Of a stretch of DNA of 57,370 bases, positions 33,201-46,074 are shown one piece after another. The position numbers and the translations under genes are program-made. How positions within the stretch are numbered: the first letter of the stretch is position 1; every line of letters begins with the position of its first letter. Source of the stretch: Macrostomum lignano (Eukaryota). Under the pieces are notes generated by a model that saw nothing but the letters and a program-made list of their open reading frames with translations, was not told the origin of the DNA and ran no database searches. Where the stretch lies: assembly GCA_002269645.1 (NCBI GenBank), contig NIVC01002654.1, positions 1 through 57,370 of the forward strand, written 5' to 3'.

Positions 33201-35869
33201 CCTAAGTGGTCTATTGGCACTGTCTATTCTATTCCTATATTCCCTTTTTAAAATATTATTCTCCTAGTCCTGGTGTTCCCGGGATCAGAGGGTCACAGCT
33301 CTATGCGTTTTCCCTGCCCTGAGGCGATCTTTCCTTTGCTCTGAGGCGGTTCTCCTGCCCTGAGGCGAATTTATTATTACTGCCCTGAGGCGATCTTTCG
33401 CTGTTAGCGATCTTCTCCCAATTCGGGGGTAATACTTATAAAAATGAACAATCCAAATAAGAATGCTTAAAGATTTCTTATTGAATGAACTTATTGCTTC
33501 AATATTATTCGAGCAAGCGAATGAAGCGCGCAAGTTGCTCTTCTGGCCCCATCTGGGCTCCTATTTATATCATTTCGTATATATATATTTAAAAAAAACT
33601 TTGATTTTCTACAATATTATTTGCGCACACAACGTTAAAACAAAAATATTACTATTTGGCGGAAATTTGAATGTGGTAATTTCTAAGAAAGCAATTGTTC
33701 GTGTAAGCTAAAAATTAAGTCATATTTCATACTGTAAAGCAGATATATTACACTGCCTCAAACTGTATTATTCATTCCATATGCACTATATTATATACTA
33801 TTCCATATACTATTCCATTTTATTATACAAATCTATTATAGATTCTGCGTTTTACTAGGTACTCCTAACCATACTGTAGGCCCTAATAAGGAGGCTATTT
33901 TTTGAAACCATAATTGACCTTTTTCAATCATTTTTAATTTTAGCAAATTTAAGAAAAACTGTTCAACTATTTATTATTCAGTTGAAAAAAAAATTCTAAT
34001 TTTTTAGTTTAGGGCCTATGCAAGAAAAATTGATATTAGCTTATTATAGGTTGGACAAGATTGAAATCATCAGGTGAGATTAGGATCTGGAATAATTTTT
34101 TTTCTTGGGATTGGGATTGGGATCCAAGAATCAGGATCAGGTCTTTAAAATATACTATAGTTTGTATATTTCTAGGCCTATGTTCATATAGAAATATAGA
34201 GAATTAAGAAAATATATACAATATAACATAAATGAAAAATATTAGGGCCTAGCTATTAAAGTTGTTACTGATAACTGATAACAATGTAATGAGTACAATT
34301 AAAACAAAATGCATTGAGGCCATCATCAATTCCACAAATTTTAAATCAAACAACTATTCCCAATTCCTTTTTTTAGGGTTGGGATCCTGATCCCATAGGA
34401 ATCCAATTTTCTTTAGAATCCTTAGAGGGATTGGGATCCTGTTTGACCTCTATAGGCCTAGCTTATATTGACATGAAAATTGTTTAGGCCTAGCAAAAAT
34501 CTTATTAGACTCTAGACTCTGGATAAGTATACATATATGCCAGAATTTTCTAGTGTACAAAGAGATCTGGTATACACTATTAGCATACAAATTGGCATAT
34601 AGGGAGGCCTTGTATACCCCTTAATTTATAGCTTGGCATAAAAAGATTGCTGAGATAGCAAGTAAGAACCAAATTTCCGAGTCCCAAACAATATACAAGT
34701 ACAAAGTTAGCATAAAAATGATTAAGTTCAAATTTGGCATAGTCTGCATGTATATAATTAAATTAAGCTTAGTTAAATTTTTATCAAAAAGAATAGCTCC
34801 TGGCCCTTCCAAAAATTAATAAAAAATTAAATTAAAAAATCATATTTAACTTTTCTAATTCAAAAGTAAAACAAAAATAATTAGTATGGGCCTAGTAAAA
34901 AATTTACTAAGCATTTAGTAATTTACAAAATGCTAAATGCTAAATTTACTAAGCATTGTATTTTTGTATGCTATAAAAGTTCATTGGCATACATGAGGTA
35001 AGGAAGCAATTTTTGTTCCAACATACACTGGTATACAATCCTGATCCTAGATTAGACTAAAGACTTCAGTGAGGATCCTATGACTTGCCAATATAAAGCC
35101 CCAACAAAATATATAATAGGCAAAAGGCCTGTCAACTTAAGCTTATAAAGTAGAGCCCAAGTAAGGACTATTATATAAACTTAAGCTTATAATCATAAGT
35201 GGAGTCTTTAATTATCCCTTTGCTTGTTTTCTCCTATCCTAATTCCTAGGTCTATCTTTCTCACTTTTTTGCCAAATCTAGCTTCTTAGTGTGAGTATGA
35301 ATAAAATGAAATATCATTTGTGTATATAGATTACTTGAGCTCCACTTTATAAGCCTATTGCAAAAGGTATTAGTATGTATAACACTAAACAATCCTTTAA
35401 AGTTAACTTTACTAAAGTTAATTAAAGAATTAGACAATAAATTAGGTTTTCTAATAATATATGGAAATATTTTGTTTTTCTAATTATTTCATTTTTTCAA
35501 ATGATGATGGTTTCATTTTTGCAGCAATTATTTGTTGTGTCTACTGCTTGTTGCATTGGTTATATGCTTGTTAATCATGCAATTTTGAGTGGTGTACAAT
35601 TTACTAGAACATTTAATTGGTATAATGTGCTGGTGTACACTTTATTAGATGGCCAAATACTTTTTGGCAATAATCTAACATAATCCGCAGTATAGTATAT
35701 AAGCTAAGTTGATAGGCCTGTTTTAGACTTTTAAAAATTAGTTTTTTATAAATTAATAACTTTGGAATACAATTAATAATTGAATTATATAGAAGCAAAA
35801 TAAATAAACAGAAAGAAGAGAAAAGGCCTATTTTGTCCTAGAGAATTTCTTTATATATATTTAATTACT

Positions 35870-36030
35870 AATTAATTATAATACCAAGGATTATTGAACT
35901 TGATAAGCCAAGGATTATTGCACTTGGTAAGCCAAGGATTATTGCACTAGCTGAGACATTGATTTTTGCACTTGATAAGTAAAGGATTATTGCACTAGAT
36001 GAGAAGACAATTATTACATTGGCTAAGACA
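35870..36030. repeat. Tandem repeat, about 24-bp unit (taagccaaggattattgcacttgg), about 6 copies.
   Basis: Direct inspection. Confidence 0.7.
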
Positions 36031-36099
36031 TGGATTATTGCATTACCCAAGAAAGCAATTTTTGCATTAGTGGAAGAAATATATCTATGTATAATATGG

Positions 36100-36300
36100 G
36101 ATTCTTTTTATCTAGGTATGCTTGGTATCTGCAGGATGCTTGCTATCTGGGGGATACTTGCTATCTGGAGGATGCTTGCTATCTGGGGGATGCTTGCTAT
36201 CTGGGGGATACTTGCTATCTGGGGGATGCTTGCTATCTGGGGAATGCTTGCTATCTGGGAGATGCTTGCTATCTAGGTAGATTCTTGCTATTAGGGGATG
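36100..36300. repeat. Tandem repeat, 18-bp unit (tgcttgctatctggggga), about 10 copies.
   Basis: Direct inspection. ORFs 36019-36395 are artefacts. Confidence 0.8.
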
Positions 36301-36392
36301 TTTGCTATCTGCAGTTCCTTACTCTTGAAAGGGGATTCTTGCTATCTGGGGGGATGCTTGCTATCTTGGGATGTTTTCTATTTAGGGGGAAT

Positions 36393-37257
36393 TAGAGCTC
36401 GAACAGGATCCCAATCTCGAATTCTCGGGATCCCGAAGATTTTTTGGGAATTCGGGATCGGGATCCCGAAGGCTTAGAGAACTCGGGATTCGGGAGCACA
36501 ATAGATTAATAATGAAGATGGTGCTTTCAACAATCAAGAGCAGTAATCAATACTAAGCTAATTTTTGTAACAGCAACTATAAATATGTTGAAAGTCTGAC
36601 CTTGAATTCACCAAATAAAGCAGCAGATTTTTACTTAGTAACAGATTTGTAAAGAGTTGTACTTGTAAATAACAAACTAACGAGTAATGATAGTTTGTTA
36701 GGAATAAACAAATTTAATGCTTGTTCCTACGATTCGTACGACAGAAACTAAAGTGTCTGTAGAAGTGTCTGAATAAGTGTCGGCGAATGTTTAATACATT
36801 TTTCATGAAGCGATTCCAGAAACAGAATTTTACAAGAAAAAGCAGTATAACTAACGCAATTCAATATTACATTAATGCAGAACAGTAGCCTTTCGTGCGA
36901 TTTTTAGCCACCTTGTAACTCTTACTTTCAGAAAAAGTCTACAATGGCTCTTGATTCCTTTTTATTTAGGTGCTCGAAAGTTAGCTATACTTTGCAAAAA
37001 GGGTCTGGATCAAGAATTGACAATTAGTATTGACTATTAGGGCATTAGGCTAGAGCTATTAGATCAACCATCAAGGCTGAATAGCATAGATAGTCAGATA
37101 AAACTATCCTTGAATCCTTGATTCATTAGTTAGTAAGTAATATATTCCCAGATCCCGGATTCCCAAATCCCGAATACTAATCCCAAATCCCGATCCCGAA
37201 ATTATTTTCAATCCCATCCCGCCCGATCCCAAAAATTCTGCTCCCGTTCGAGCTCTA
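36393..37257. mobile_element. hAT-like MITE (865 bp). TIRs of about 100 bp begin tagagctcgaac, and the 8-bp TSD is gggggaat.
   Basis: Left end tagagctcgaacaggatcccaatctcgaattctcgggatcccgaag... The right end (rc) is tagagctcgaacgggagcagaatttttgggatcgggcgggatggga... Both TIRs carry gggatcccgaa / cgggat reiterations. The identical flanking 8-mer gggggaat sits at 36385-36392 and 37258-37265. There is no ORF. Related gggattgggatcc fragments occur at about 34080-34140 and 34375-34440. Confidence 0.7.
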
Positions 37258-38073
37258 GGGGGAATGTCTGTTATCTTTGTGAGACTTTATTTTGTTGTCT
37301 TTGTTAAATTTAGAAGAAAAGAAGAAATTTATAGCAAACATCTTTCTCTGTGACAAAATGACTTAAAAAGGTGATTTTTAAAACTGAAGAAGGAATCAGT
37401 AGAAAATGTGCTTTCTTCATTGTTTTTTATAAATAATTTTACTCCTTACTTACTGGGCACCCCAAAGGGGGCACTAAATTGCTAGTTGTAGGCACTAGGG
37501 CTAAGTTAGATTAGGACAGGCAAAGATCATTGGTTTGACTCTGCATTTTGGTAGGATAAAATGTCTTTATTTAATGAATTTGCTCAAGTGCATGTAAAAC
37601 ATATTATTTTGCATTTCAAATGGACAAAGATTGTGAAAAATGAGAATAGCAAAATAGTTTGCTGATTATTATTAACATACTACTGGTATTGAAAGAATAC
37701 CTGATGGCTAATTGTAATAATACTAGGCTAATATCAGGCTAATTGGGATAACATATTTTCTGGTAAAGTGGCTCGCTTGATGAAGAGTAGATAAATGAAG
37801 GTAAATATCAACATGAAGTTAGTTATTTATTTATTTGAGTTGCCGATGTATTTCGTCCATTTGCATTAAGACATTGTCAGGGTCTTTTTATTTAAGAAAC
37901 AATTTGAACGAATATTCAGTATATATAGATAGTTGAGAGTAACAAGAGTAGTTGAATTGAGTTTTTAGTTGATGGCTTAAAACTTATACATAGTAATCAA
38001 TTTTTTTGATACAGTATTGGTTGGGTAAAGTGCATATATCAGTTTCAAGCCAGTCCAGTCATTGACAAATCAG

Positions 38074-39265
38074 CTAAAAAATTCTGAGTTGACGGCTAGC
38101 CCCACTTATCGCAAGTTGGTTATTTAATGTGGGCTGTTTGGTCTTAATGTACAGGGCTTCTAATAGGCAGAGCATGTGATCTCTATTACAAAAATCAATT
38201 GCCTTTATCATTTCGTGTGGTTCAGCCTCACAACAGGAATTGTAGGTTAGCAGGTATTCGTTAATAGCAGAGTTTTTTAGCCAGTGCTGTCTGACCCTCG
38301 TGTATAAGTGTCGTTTAGTTTTTCCTTTAAAGTGTTCTTCTGGTTTGCAGTCATTGCAGTTAGTGCATTCAAGGAGGTGAGTTTGTATAGCAGATGGTTT
38401 GAGCCAGTGTTCCCTGATCCTCGTGTGTAGGTGTCTTTTGGTTTTCCCCACGTAGGAGACGCTCTGGTCCACAGAGCAGTTAAATTGGTAGACAACACCT
38501 GCACGCAGAGTACAAGGAACACGCGACTTTAATCTGCTAACAAAGTTCCCAATCTTGTTCGTGTGGAAGACGACCCGGATGTTACGATTGAAAGAGGCAA
38601 AGAATAACCTACGCATTCTGTTTTTAAAGGCTAGAGATGGAGGTCTGAGGAAGGGGAGACGCAGAATGGGTTCAAATTCTTCAGTGGTAACAGATTGCTC
38701 AGGTTTTTGTTTGGTGATTTTGTCCGAGATGAACTTGTTGATGATTTTTTGGACCAGACAAACGGGGTAGTCATTTTGATGGAACAGTCTGGTGAGGAAC
38801 TGCACCTCCCGGTCAAAGTTGATCCAGGTGTTACAGGTAGTGAAAGCTCTATGGAGCAAACACCTCACGAGCCCAGTTTTCCATTGTCTGGGGCAAGTGG
38901 CTTGGAAGTTGAGAATGAGATTGGTAAAGCTTTTCTTACGGAAGACTTTTGTGGAGAGGGTTTCCTTACTGTAGTCAATGTCAATCTCCAGGAAGGGGAG
39001 TCTTTGGTCAACAGCATGTTCAACCGTGAATTTTATGTTCTTATGAGTGGAGTTGAGAGCGTGGAGGAACTGATCAATTTTTTGCTCCTGATCAAAGATG
39101 GCAAACGTATCGTCGACGTAGCGCCTGTAGAATTTGGGGGCACAGTTGAAAGACACCAGATTTCGGTTTCCCAATGGGCCAAGCAGACGTTCGTCAGAGT
39201 GGGGGCCAAGGGGCTTCCCATGGCACAGCCATCAACTTGCCTATAGTATTTATTGTCAAACATAA
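38074..39265 (-). mobile_element. Penelope-like retroelement (PLE), 5'-truncated: the reverse-transcriptase C-terminal half plus the GIY-YIG endonuclease domain, with an internal frameshift.
   Basis: ORF 38074-39174 (-) carries the RT motif FYRRYVDDTFAIF and GIY-YIG (VVYQFNCSVDQSVSYVGKTKRHLHTRIREH). The second GIY-YIG segment is partially duplicated (GKTKRHLYTRVRQHWLKNSAINEYLL). The upstream frame 39033-39263 has RT box FDNKYYRQVDGCAMGSPLAPTL. The element is cut off at about 39265, where the 24-bp satellite begins. Confidence 0.75.
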
Positions 39266-39339
39266 AGATTCCAGAGGTAGCAAAGCCCAGGAGAGAAAAA
39301 AAGAGCAGTCATCTGAAAGAAAGTTCTCCAAATATTTTC

Positions 39340-40700
39340 GTTAAAGCTTGTGCCAACTACTGCAAAACTGAAAATGCGCAAGCTATACAATTGTAAACTG
39401 TCTAATGGGTGTTGTTGCAAACTGTCTAATGGGTGTTGTTGCAAACTGTCTAATGGGTGTTGTTGCAAATTGTCTAATGGGTGTTGTTGCAAACTGTCTA
39501 ATGGGTGTTGTTGCAAACTGTCTAATGGGTGTTGTTGCAAACTGTCTAATGGGTGTTGTTGCAAACTGTCTAATGGGTGTTGTTGCAAACTGTCTAATGG
39601 GTGTTGTTGCAAATTGTCTAATGGGTGTTGTTGCAAACTGTCTAATGGGTGTTGTTGCAAACTGTCTAATGGGTGTTGTTGCAAACTGTCTAATGGGTGT
39701 TGTTGCAAATTGTCTAATGGGTGTTGTTGCAAACTGTCTAATGGGTGTTGTTGCAAACTGTCTAATGGGTGTTCTTGTTAATAAACTGTATAATAGGTGT
39801 TGTAAAGTGTCTAATAGGTGTTGTTGTAAACTGTCTAACGGGTGTTTTTGTTAATAAACTGTCTAATAGGTGTTGTAAACTGTCTAATGGGTGTTGTTGC
39901 AAACTGTCTAATGGGTGTTGTTGTAAAATGTCTAATGGGTGTTGTTGTAAAATGTCTAATGGGTGTTGTTGCAAATTGTCTAATGGGTGTTGTTGCAAAT
40001 TAGTCTAATGGGTGTTGTTGCAAACTGTCTAATGGGTGTTGTTGCAAACTGTCTAATGGGTGTTGTTGTAAAATGTCTAATGGGTGTTGTTGCAAATTGT
40101 CTAATGGGTGTTGTTGCAAATTGTCTAATGGGTGTTGTTGCAAATTAGTCTAATGGGTGTTGTTGCAAACTGTCTAATGGGTGTTGTTGCAAACTGTCTA
40201 ATGGGTGTTGTTGTAAAATGTCTAATGGGTGTTGTTGCAAATTGTCTAATGGGTGTTGTTGCAAATTAGTCTAATGGGTGTTGTTGCAAACTATCTAATG
40301 GGTGTTGTTGTAAACTGTCTAATGGGTGTTGTTGTAGACTGTCTAATGGGTGTTGTTGTAAACTGTCTAATGGGTGTTCTTGTTAATAAACTGTATAATA
40401 GGTGTTGTAAACTGTCTAATAGGTGTTGTTGTAAACTGTCTAACGGGTGTTGTTGTTAATAAACTGTCTAATGGGTGTTGTTGCAAACTGTTTAATGGGT
40501 GTTGTTGTAAACTGTCAAACGGGTGTTGTTGTAAATAAACTGTATAATAGGTGTTGTAAACTGTCTAATGGGTGTTGTTGTAAACTGTCTAACGGGTGTT
40601 GTTGTAATAAGCTGTCTATTGGGTGTTGTTTTGTAACTGTTTATAGGGTGGCTGTGAACTGTCTAATGGGTGTTGCTGCAAATTTTCTAACAGGGGTTGT
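39340..40700. repeat. Minisatellite, 24-bp unit (gggtgttgttgcaaactgtctaat), about 55 copies.
   Basis: Direct inspection. ORFs 39256-40740 are artefacts. Confidence 0.9.
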
Positions 40701-41779
40701 TGTAAATTGTTTTGTCCCGCGAAGCGGGTCTACCTGCTAGTTATATCTAAAACCTAAGCCGTTTGCGATGTGCAATTTTAAATCTCTAGAATCAAAAGAC
40801 TAAGAGAAATGCGAAAATAAGTTTTTGACGCACAGTTAATTAAACTTTATTAGTAGATATTTATAGCGTAGATTGATAAAAAGATTCGAATAAAAAATAG
40901 CAGGCTTTTTATACCAAAATCATCCAGCCATCTTCAGGTAATCGGAATTATAATCTCTTAATTATAGTCACACTGCACACCTGCCGCTCACGCTTATCCT
41001 GAGTTTCTGCTTCGTGCATAATTAGACTGAATTATTCCTTAGGATCACATATTTACGAGCCAACTCACAGAAGCGCAAATATCTTTATCAGCAGACTTGC
41101 ATCTTAGTAGGCAGTTAAGAGCTCGATCTGCTAGAATCGGAGCCGAACAAAATTAGCTAATAAATTTAATGCTAATTCTATGCAAGCCTTCATTTATTTG
41201 GGCCTATCCCCCTTTGCAGGCTTCTACAGCCTCTTCTTTGCTTCAAGTCAGTCAGTCAGTCAGTTATCCTGCGCTAGAGGGGAGCTCGCTTAATTTTCAT
41301 CGTTCTCCGCTGCCCCTTTCTAATTCCTCTCTCTCTCTCGCCATCCCTCTTCTATGCATCCTCGTCGCTCCTCTTCAGTCCGTCTCTTTACTTTCACTCT
41401 CACACTCTGCGATGGTGCTCTTGCCTAGCGATTCATTCCCTACTGGCGTGACAACTCCTGTCCCTAGCCAGGCCTTCGTGGTCCGTTGGTCTCGCTTTCT
41501 TTCCTATCCCCTTCTCTTATTGAGGGGAATTAATTTGCTCCATCCCTTCCGCCCAAGGCCTCCAGTCTCTCTCTGTCTCTCTCTCCTCTCTAATGCTAAT
41601 CATAATAAGCTCGCCGCAATTTCTCTATCGGGATATTCGCTCAGGGTTGGGCAAGTTAAGATCGATAGTTTTTATATTATTTAATAATGTAATATACTGT
41701 AAAACGTGTCAGAGAAATATTCATCTGGCGTCAACTTGGCTGACATCTTTGTTCAATTCAAAGTTTTGTGGTGTAATGA

Positions 41780-42096
41780 TACGAGAGTACAATAATAACT
41801 GATTACACCTGCCATAATGGGCAGATGTGCACCCGACAGCTCAGCCGCAGCTATTGCGCGGCGCATCTGAAGGCTGCGTACGGCTGTTCAGTGCAAGGAT
41901 TGGGGGGGGGGGTCGCCACACACACACCCTCAGTTACCCCAGCTAATGCTGGCACCCATTTTACAACTGAGTGAACTGAAGCAATGCAGAGTTAAGTGTC
42001 TTGCTCAAGGACACAAATTGTTCCGGGCCCTTGGGTCGAGAATCGAACCGCCGACCTTTCAGTCCCGAGTCCGACGCTCTGACCACTAGGCTAAAA
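41780..42096 (-). mobile_element. tRNA-derived SINE (family A), copy 2, full-length head.
   Basis: Head tagcctagtggtcagagcgtcggactcgggactgaaaggtcggcggttcgattctcgaccc carries A-box and B-box-like motifs. The body and tail match copy 1. Confidence 0.6.
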
Positions 42097-43133
42097 CTAA
42101 TGCTATTTTTGTTTGTCTTTGAAGCCTGAAGATTATCCCGTTAGTTTCCAGTTCAAAGTTTTTTTTAGCCTTTTCTCATTATTTGCTGCTTTTTAGTGTC
42201 TACCTGACAGCAGGTGAGAGTCTACAGTGGTTTGCTAGCCAATAGTGAAGCTTCACTCTCAATTGCATCCCATTTGATCGCGCGAAGTTCACGTAAAAGA
42301 AAAGTCTATAAATATGTAAAAAAAGACGAAAATCGCATCTGTTGCTTCGAGAAATGATAAAAATAGCCGATAGGAGCTAGGTGGAGAAAATATCAATTTG
42401 AACCGTCTTACCTTAAGCGTTGTTTTATTGCTGTCTACTGCAACTCTATAATACCGGTATTGCATTCTGCTGACAATTGAAGACAATTAATTCTGCCAAG
42501 GTTAGTCACAGTCTGGTTTTTTTACTGAATTACGATTATCGCTTCAATTAGAAACGAATGAAGATTCTATCCTGCACCTCTTCTATGGCTCTGTCATCAT
42601 TGGTCCCATGCTGTGATCTGCCTGTATGCCCTGTCCTTGAAGCCCTGTAATTAGCACTATCCTGTTCCGGAGCTCTCGATCAGATGCGTATAAGAACAAG
42701 AGAGAAAGAGAGCCAGATGAAGGAAGCAAGTAGAAGCTCGCGGATTGAAATGGTTGCACGGATAGGAGAAGCGAGTCTCGGCCTGATACAGGACTCGGGC
42801 ATAATTAGAATATCTGTCTTATCTTCCTTGTTTCTTGTGAGAGGCGAATGCGCAGCCTCCCGCATGGGCCCTCATTGTGCCCGGCAGCGACAGGAAGCTA
42901 ATTTAGTTTTGTCTTGCACTGCGTCTTCCCTCCTCATTCAAGTCAGTCTCTTTCTGTGTCCTTGAGAACAGGCTCTTCTGGTCTGCTGCCTGCCTGCCTG
43001 CATTGATTTATAGTTCAGCAGTCTCAATAATTTCAGACTCGCATTGAGATGTCTCTAGTTTCTTCTGTTTTGTCTTGGATTTTCCTACAATGCTACTGAA
43101 ATGTTTTTACAATGCCCAGCACTGCGGAAGTTG

Positions 43134-43440
43134 GGGCCGTAGCCCAATGGTCCAGCGTGGTGCTCTGGTGTGCCAGCGGCCCAGGCTCGATTCCAAGTGC
43201 AGTCACATTAATTTGTGGCTCAATTTGATTCTCGGCTTGGCTCTGCTCGTGCTATTAACGCCATTGAGGGCCAACCCCCCAAGGCACAGTGAAGTGTACA
43301 TGCCTAACGATAATATAAAGTTAGGGCCGCTGTACACTCCTGTGTGAGTGAGTGCCTGTGCGTATGACTGCGTAAGTAATCCGGGCGCTTGTGTGCCTGC
43401 TCAGGAGAGTCAGCGGAATATGCAGTGTTTACTTTCACGC
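43134..43440 (+). mobile_element. tRNA-derived SINE (family B), copy 1 (3' part divergent or truncated).
   Basis: Head ggggccgtagcccaatggtccagcgtggtgctctggtgtgccagcggcccaggctcgattcc (A- and B-box-like). About 85% identical to the reverse complement of 54525-54897. Confidence 0.55.
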
Positions 43441-44164
43441 GACTTGCGATTGCGGAAATGTGTGCGAGCAAGACTTCATTTAAGCCGGAAATATTACATC
43501 GCTTATAAATGCTTAGACACTTTCAAAAGCTCCAAATAAGCCATAGTCATTATTGATGCTTATACCTGTTGACTTCAGATATCGGCTTAACAACCAGTTA
43601 ATTTCTTCATTTCTATTTTCTTAGACAGAAAGCCCCGCCCCCTGCTGTGCAATTACTATTGGTTCCAGCAGTTGCCTTATACCCTGTCAGAGTAGCTAGC
43701 AGCTGCTCCCAACCCAGTTTATACAATGCAAAATTCTTACCTTAATCTCGGAATCGCCTTGCCAATTAGCGCCCCGAGGGAGAGGTGCGATGGGGATTTC
43801 GATTTGCTCTGCCTTTTTTCTCCCCAAATTTGTCAGCCCTGCGGTGAGCACAGCGAAAATTGCCTTGGAGAGAAATTTCCTTCATCTTTTCTATGGAAGC
43901 AAGTTTTTTTGCTTCTGTTCTAGAAAGGCATCGATTATTTATTTAATTGCTGGATTATAATTAGAGAAAAAATGGCGCAGGTTGTCTCAGCTCTATCGAA
44001 TCTTGGGCCGTGAGGTTGCTTTGCTGTTGTAATTGCCCTCTTTCCAAGTGCTGTCCAAATACTGCGATAAGGTGGTCGTTAAGCAACTAAAATTTTACTT
44101 GCCTTCAGCTGCCCTCGCTTCGAGTAGGCGGCACTTGGTATGCTTTTTGGGAAAATAAACTTTC

Positions 44165-44420
44165 CACAGCGGCCGATGAAGCCGATATGTATCGTTAGAA
44201 ATGTTTTAAAGCCGATATGTATCGATAGAAATATTTGAAAGCCGATATGTATCGATAGAAATGTTTTTAAGCCGATATGTATCGATAGAAATATTTGAAA
44301 GCCGATATGTATCGATAGAAATGTTTTAAAGCCGATATGTATCGATAGAAATGTTTGAAAGCCGATATGTATCGATAGAAATGTTTAAAGCCGATATGTT
44401 TTGATAGAAATGTTTTAAAG
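44165..44420. repeat. Tandem repeat, 31-bp unit (gccgatatgtatcgatagaaatgtttgaaa), about 8 copies, about 150 bp upstream of the POU gene start codon.
   Basis: Direct inspection. A TATA-like tatttaaata follows at about 44480. Confidence 0.8.
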
Positions 44421-44597
44421 AGCTACATTGCCGATTGCGCGAAATTGCCGATATGTATCGAACCAACTTCATAAAGATCTATTTAAATATTCCTTATCCT
44501 TCAGCAGCCGGATGCCTGGCTAGGTCCTTCTCCCTTAACCGAGTGAAGGCACATCTGTCTTCGGCTCTCCGTGCACTGAAGCAGAGTGAGAGACGCC

Positions 44598-45401
44598 ATG
44601 TTGAAGCAAAGACTGCAACAAGAGCAACAGGGCGAGTCGCGTCAGTCAGCTGACGAGGAAGAGTTCAACTCTAATGAACCGCCCAGTGGCAGCTTCGCTT
44701 CGCACCAAGCGAGCTCGTCGTTCCAGCCGACTCCATTCGTGCTTGGCACCCATCAGTTCCTGCTGACGCCGCCGCCGCCTGGCGTCCAGCTGATGACGAT
44801 CCCAGCCTCGCTGGCCAGCTTGCCAGGCAGCGACCAGATCCCCGTGATCGCCACCTCCACTGGGCAGCTCATTCTCGCCAACATCGTCAGCGTGCCTCGC
44901 GGTGGCGGCAGCGGAGGCGCCGGTGAGGCGGCCGCAGCAGCCGCCGCAGCAGCAGCCGCAGCAGCGGCAGCCACGGGGAACTTCATGAGCCCAGCCGTAG
45001 CGGCGTTGGCTGCTCAGCAGCTGCTGTCGACCTCAACGGCTGCCTCGTCGACTTCAACAGCCGATGCTGGTGCATCGTCTAGCGACGAGATTCGACAGCA
45101 GCCGCTGTCAAACCCGACGCCACCCGCTGGCGAGGCCTCGGCCAATGACGAAGACTCCATTGAAGGTGGCGACGAGGATGAAGAGGGCGACGTGTCGATG
45201 GAGCGTCAGGATGACTCAGGAACTGCCGCTGTTGTCGCCGCTGCCGCCGTCTCGACCGACCCAGACGATGAGGCCAACAAGCACACAGTCAGTCAAATCA
45301 CCGATTCCAACGTGGTGGACGGCGTTGATCTGGAAGAAATTCGCGAGTTTGCTAAGCAGTTCAAGCTGCGCAGATTGAGCTTGGGACTGACACAGTCTCA
45401 G
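44598..45401 (+). CDS. POU6F: POU class VI homeobox gene, exon 1: a low-complexity Gln/Ala/Ser-rich N-terminus and the start of the POU-specific domain (VDLEEIREFAKQFKLRRLSLGLTQSQ).
   Basis: ORF 44586-45500. The track start is a GTG; the first ATG is at 44598. Donor CAG|gtgagg at 45402. Confidence 0.75.
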
Positions 45402-45509
45402 GTGAGGATTGATGAAGCTGCAGTAGATTACTCAAGTGTTTCAGGGATCCTGCAGGATTGCTCAAATCGTTTAGTGCTGTTTAAGATTCACTTTGGGTAG
45501 TTCAGGAAT

Positions 45510-45950
45510 CATGGAACATCATTCAGGTAATTCAAGTATTGTTTAAAATCATTCAGGTTGTTCAGGGATCATTTAGAATCATTCAGGTTGTTCAGGTATT
45601 GTTTAAAATCATTCAGGTTGTTCAGGGATCATTTAGAATCATTCAGGTTGTTCAGGTATTGTTTAGAATAATTCAGGTTGTTCAGGAATCATTTAGAATC
45701 ATTCAGGTTGTTCAGGTATTGTTTAGAATCATTCAGGTAGTTCAGGGATCATTTAGAATCATTCAGGTAAGTTCAGGTATTGTTTAGAATCATTCAGGTA
45801 GTTCAGGGATCATTTAGAATCATTCAGGTAAGTTCAGGTATTGTTTAGAATCATTCAGGTAGTTCAGGGATCATTCAGATAATTATGGAATCATTTGGAT
45901 TATTCAGGTAGTTCAGGGATCATTTAGAATCATTCAGGTAAGTTCAGATG
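45510..45950. repeat. Minisatellite, about 30-bp unit (attcaggttgttcagggatcatttagaatc), about 14 copies, in POU intron 1.
   Basis: Direct inspection. Confidence 0.85.
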
Positions 45951-46074
45951 TGACACGTATCATTTTGGAAGTCAAATTTGAAAAAATAAATTAGCGATAA
46001 TTCGGAGCCAACTGATATTAGGGTCAAGTTTCTTCACCAAACCATCTGGACTGAATCCCAATGTCAACCCTCAG

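Noticed and set aside
41169-41684. 171-aa plus ORF.
   Set aside because: CT-rich low-complexity region with no domain and no splice signals.
43134-43205. tRNA gene call for the tRNA-like heads of the SINEs (also 42030-42096 and 54830-54897).
   Set aside because: Cloverleaf pairing is imperfect, and each is contiguous with a non-tRNA body shared between copies, typical of SINEs rather than functional tRNA genes.
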